The notes beneath the pieces were generated by a model. The model was not told the DNA's origin. It saw nothing but the letters and a program-made list of their open reading frames with translations, and did no database searches. 64,000 nucleotides of DNA from Ruminococcus sp. GTDB lineage: Bacteria; Bacillota; Clostridia; Oscillospirales; Acutalibacteraceae. The translations under genes and the position numbers were made by a program. The stretch is from the NCBI GenBank assembly GCA_045133515.1, contig JBGUUL010000012.1, forward strand, positions 6,736 to 70,735, in the 5' to 3' direction. Positions 61,486 through 64,000 of this stretch are shown here, piece after piece (position 1 is the first letter of the stretch; each line of letters begins with the position of its first letter).

Positions 61486-62319
61486 CTAAATTCTTGCAAA
61501 GGAGCTTCTCAAATCCTTTTCTCCAAGGAAGTAGATTATCAGTGCCGGTATCATAAACATAACGCCACAGGCAAAGATGATTTCCGTGTTGGCACTACCT
61601 GCTGAAAGTGAAACTGACAGTGGGTACTTTGATTTGTCGGTAAAGTAGATAAGTGGCTGTTCAACAACGCCCCAGGTGTCAACAAATGTAAGTAGTGCAA
61701 GGGAGATAAGCCCACCTCTAATTTGTGGTAGAATAATCTGGAAGAAAATTCTAAAGTAGGATGCTCCATCTACTCTGGCAGCCTCAATAGAGGCGTCAGA
61801 AATATACCTTACACTTTGTCTTAACAGGCAAATTCCAAAGGCTGAAAATGTGCCAGGCAGAATAATGCTCATAACATTGTTCAGTAAATCAATTTTCTGA
61901 TACATAAAGTAGCTTGGTACGAGAGTAACTTGAATTGGGAGAATAAGGAGTATCATATACACAAAGAATATTTTGTCCCTTCCTGGGAAGTGCAGTTTAC
62001 CAAAGGCAAAGGCTGCAAGGGAAGAAACAATCAGCTGACAAATTACTGTAGGGAAGGTAATGAGGACAGAGTTCCAAAATTCGCTAAGGTATTCTCCGTT
62101 ACGGAAAAACACCTGATAGTACTGTTGAAATGAAAATTCCTCTGGAAATAGCTTAAAGAAGTTGTAGCTACCTGTGTTAAAGTTAAGCATTTGGCTAATT
62201 TCATTGGTTGACATAAATGAACTTATTACCATAAAAAATACAGGTAACAAAAATATTAGGGTTAGCACTATGAGAAGTGCATACCTGAAAAATTTTTTTG
62301 CTTTGGACCTTGGTTTCAT
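61486..62319 (-). CDS. Carbohydrate-type ABC permease (MalG-like)
   Basis: IEAARVDGAS EAA motif; YPLSV. Confidence 0.88.
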   Translation of the reverse strand: MKPRSKAKKFFRYALLIVLTLIFLLPVFFMVISSFMSTNEISQMLNFNTGSYNFFKLFPEEFSFQQYYQVFFRNGEYLSEFWNSVLITFPTVICQLIVSSLAAFAFGKLHFPGRDKIFFVYMILLILPIQVTLVPSYFMYQKIDLLNNVMSIILPGTFSAFGICLLRQSVRYISDASIEAARVDGASYFRIFFQIILPQIRGGLISLALLTFVDTWGVVEQPLIYFTDKSKYPLSVSLSAGSANTEIIFACGVMFMIPALIIYFLGEKDLRSSFARI

Positions 62320-62327
62320 ACTGCACC

Positions 62328-63179
62328 TCATTCCATATAGTCAGCTTTTCTTTCATACATAAAGAAAGCAAGCATAATGCCAATGAATATAAGTGACATT
62401 ACAATAGCTGAGGAAGAAAGCTGAGCGTAGTTAAAGTTGTTGTAGTTGTTGTTGATGAAGTTCTGCAAAAAATATACATTCTCATTTGGATATGTACCAA
62501 ATAGGGAGAAGGACTCACGGAACATTCTAAAGGAATTGATTAGTGCCATAAGGAAAACAAAAAATGTAGTAGGAGTAATTAGTGGCAGGGTGATTTTTAC
62601 TGTGGTGGTAAAGCCACCTGCACCCTCAAGTCTGGCACTTTCGTGAACAGACTTTGGCAGATTTGCAAGTCCTGCTGTAAAGAGGATAACGCAAAAGCCA
62701 CAGTTTTTCCAGATGTAAATAAGGATAATCATTACCATTGAAAGACCACTGCTGAAAAAGTGCAGACTTTCAATTCCAAAGAAATTCAGTATGCCGTTAA
62801 TTGTGCCTTGGTCGTCAAACATAAGTTGCCACACATAGATAAGTGAGGCAGCAGGAATAACAATTGGCATAAGATAGGCACTACGGAAAAAAGCAGAAAC
62901 CTTTTCAAAGGAATTTATAAACTGTGCAATCAAAAAGGAGATTGCCATTAAAAGTGGAATTGCAATAAAAGTAAAAATCATTGTGTTCCTAAGGGCATAG
63001 AGAAAGGCTTTGTTTTGGAAAAGTGATATGTAGTTGTCAAAGCCTGCAAAGCCACCTGTTCCCATAAAGCTGTTGTATATGCACATCAAATAGGGGATAA
63101 CATAGAAAATCGTTATTCCTATCAGTGAGGGCAGAAGAAAGATGTATGCCCATATTACTTGCTTTTTCTCAAATTTCAT
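62328..63179 (-). CDS. Carbohydrate-type ABC permease (MalF-like)
   Basis: GFDNY, WKNCG, HESARLEGAG. Confidence 0.88.
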   Translation of the reverse strand: MKFEKKQVIWAYIFLLPSLIGITIFYVIPYLMCIYNSFMGTGGFAGFDNYISLFQNKAFLYALRNTMIFTFIAIPLLMAISFLIAQFINSFEKVSAFFRSAYLMPIVIPAASLIYVWQLMFDDQGTINGILNFFGIESLHFFSSGLSMVMIILIYIWKNCGFCVILFTAGLANLPKSVHESARLEGAGGFTTTVKITLPLITPTTFFVFLMALINSFRMFRESFSLFGTYPNENVYFLQNFINNNYNNFNYAQLSSSAIVMSLIFIGIMLAFFMYERKADYME

Positions 63180-63187
63180 TTTTTCAC

Positions 63188-64000
63188 CTATTCATAGAGA
63201 TAAATTTCTGTTTTTGATGTTAGGTTGGTGATGAAGTTATCAAGGGAGATATTGTCCTGTAAAAAATCCTCCACAAGGTCACCAATTACATTTTTGTTGT
63301 AGTAGCCGTCATTTATTACAAAGCTGTTTAGCTCAAGACAATGCTTAATGTATTTGTTAAGATAGGGACTGTCAGCGTTAGCATTTAAAACATCCTTTTC
63401 CTCAACACCCATATCGGTGTAGCTTGTCTTTAGAGCCTCGTTGTTAACAGGCATATTGAAGATGTTTGGCACATTACTATCGGAGAGAGTTGAATATTGT
63501 GAATCGTAGGTAATATATCTTTGCATACGCTCACCCAAGGAATACTTCATAAAATCATATGCATTTTCCTGTAGCTCTTTGCTGGAGTTACCGTTAATCA
63601 TAAAGCCACAGGTGATTTGCCCACTTTTTATGTCCTCATCACTGTTTATGCCGTTGATAAATGTGGTTTCTCCTGAAAGGGCAAAGTTTTGGTTGTAGTT
63701 TTCTCTTTCCCTTTCCATAACAAAGTCCTCAAATTGCCTGTTGATTTCCTCCCAGCCTTTTTGAGAGTCAACACTTTCGTGGTCAATTTGGGAGTAAAAT
63801 TCGTGAGCGTATTTCTCAATAGTTTTTCCGTCAACAAGGTCATAAATTGAAAATTTGTAGGTTTGCTCAGTTAAGCAGTAGTTTATAGGGTTGTACCTTC
63901 CCTTATCATCAAAATATCCCTTTTCAAAAAGGCAGGTGTTGTCCTCAATGCTGTGAATTGTGTTTTCTTCCTGCATATTTACTGTTATCAGTTTTTTAAT
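63188..64000 (-). CDS. Extracellular solute-binding protein, 5'-truncated by the window edge
   Basis: The frame stays open to 64000; INGNS...AYDFMKY..., PVN, terminal IYLYE; upstream of two permeases. Confidence 0.7.
   Translation of the reverse strand: MKKLITVNMQEENTIHSIEDNTCLFEKGYFDDKGRYNPINYCLTEQTYKFSIYDLVDGKTIEKYAHEFYSQIDHESVDSQKGWEEINRQFEDFVMERERENYNQNFALSGETTFINGINSDEDIKSGQITCGFMINGNSSKELQENAYDFMKYSLGERMQRYITYDSQYSTLSDSNVPNIFNMPVNNEALKTSYTDMGVEEKDVLNANADSPYLNKYIKHCLELNSFVINDGYYNKNVIGDLVEDFLQDNISLDNFITNLTSKTEIYLYE

Overview
Low-GC Firmicute chromosomal segment, most consistent with an amylolytic Ruminococcus-like gut organism (dockerin-bearing pullulanase, cohesin-like protein, SCIFF locus, adhE). 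I found no rRNA, tRNA, CRISPR array or intact transposase. The standout is a co-directional operon at <1..12400 that starts before the window. It encodes a SipW-type (Ser-His) signal peptidase, five proteins with a SipW-class signal ending T-[YF]-[AS]-W, a sixth 5'-truncated paralog, and a 1390-aa adhesin with a CBM26-like starch-binding module. I infer a multi-subunit TasA/CalY-like surface fibre for starch adhesion. Other notable items: a stand-alone proteasome-beta-like protein with Ser1/Asp17/Lys33, a cohesin-like+Ig protein facing the pullulanase across a hairpin-dense MITE-like spacer, a frameshifted CHAP/Bsp/C-type-lectin surface gene, an internally deleted GH3, a SCIFF precursor missing from the ORF track, and twin Rex boxes before adhE. 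The rest is housekeeping and transport. All family assignments come from motifs read by eye, with no database searches.
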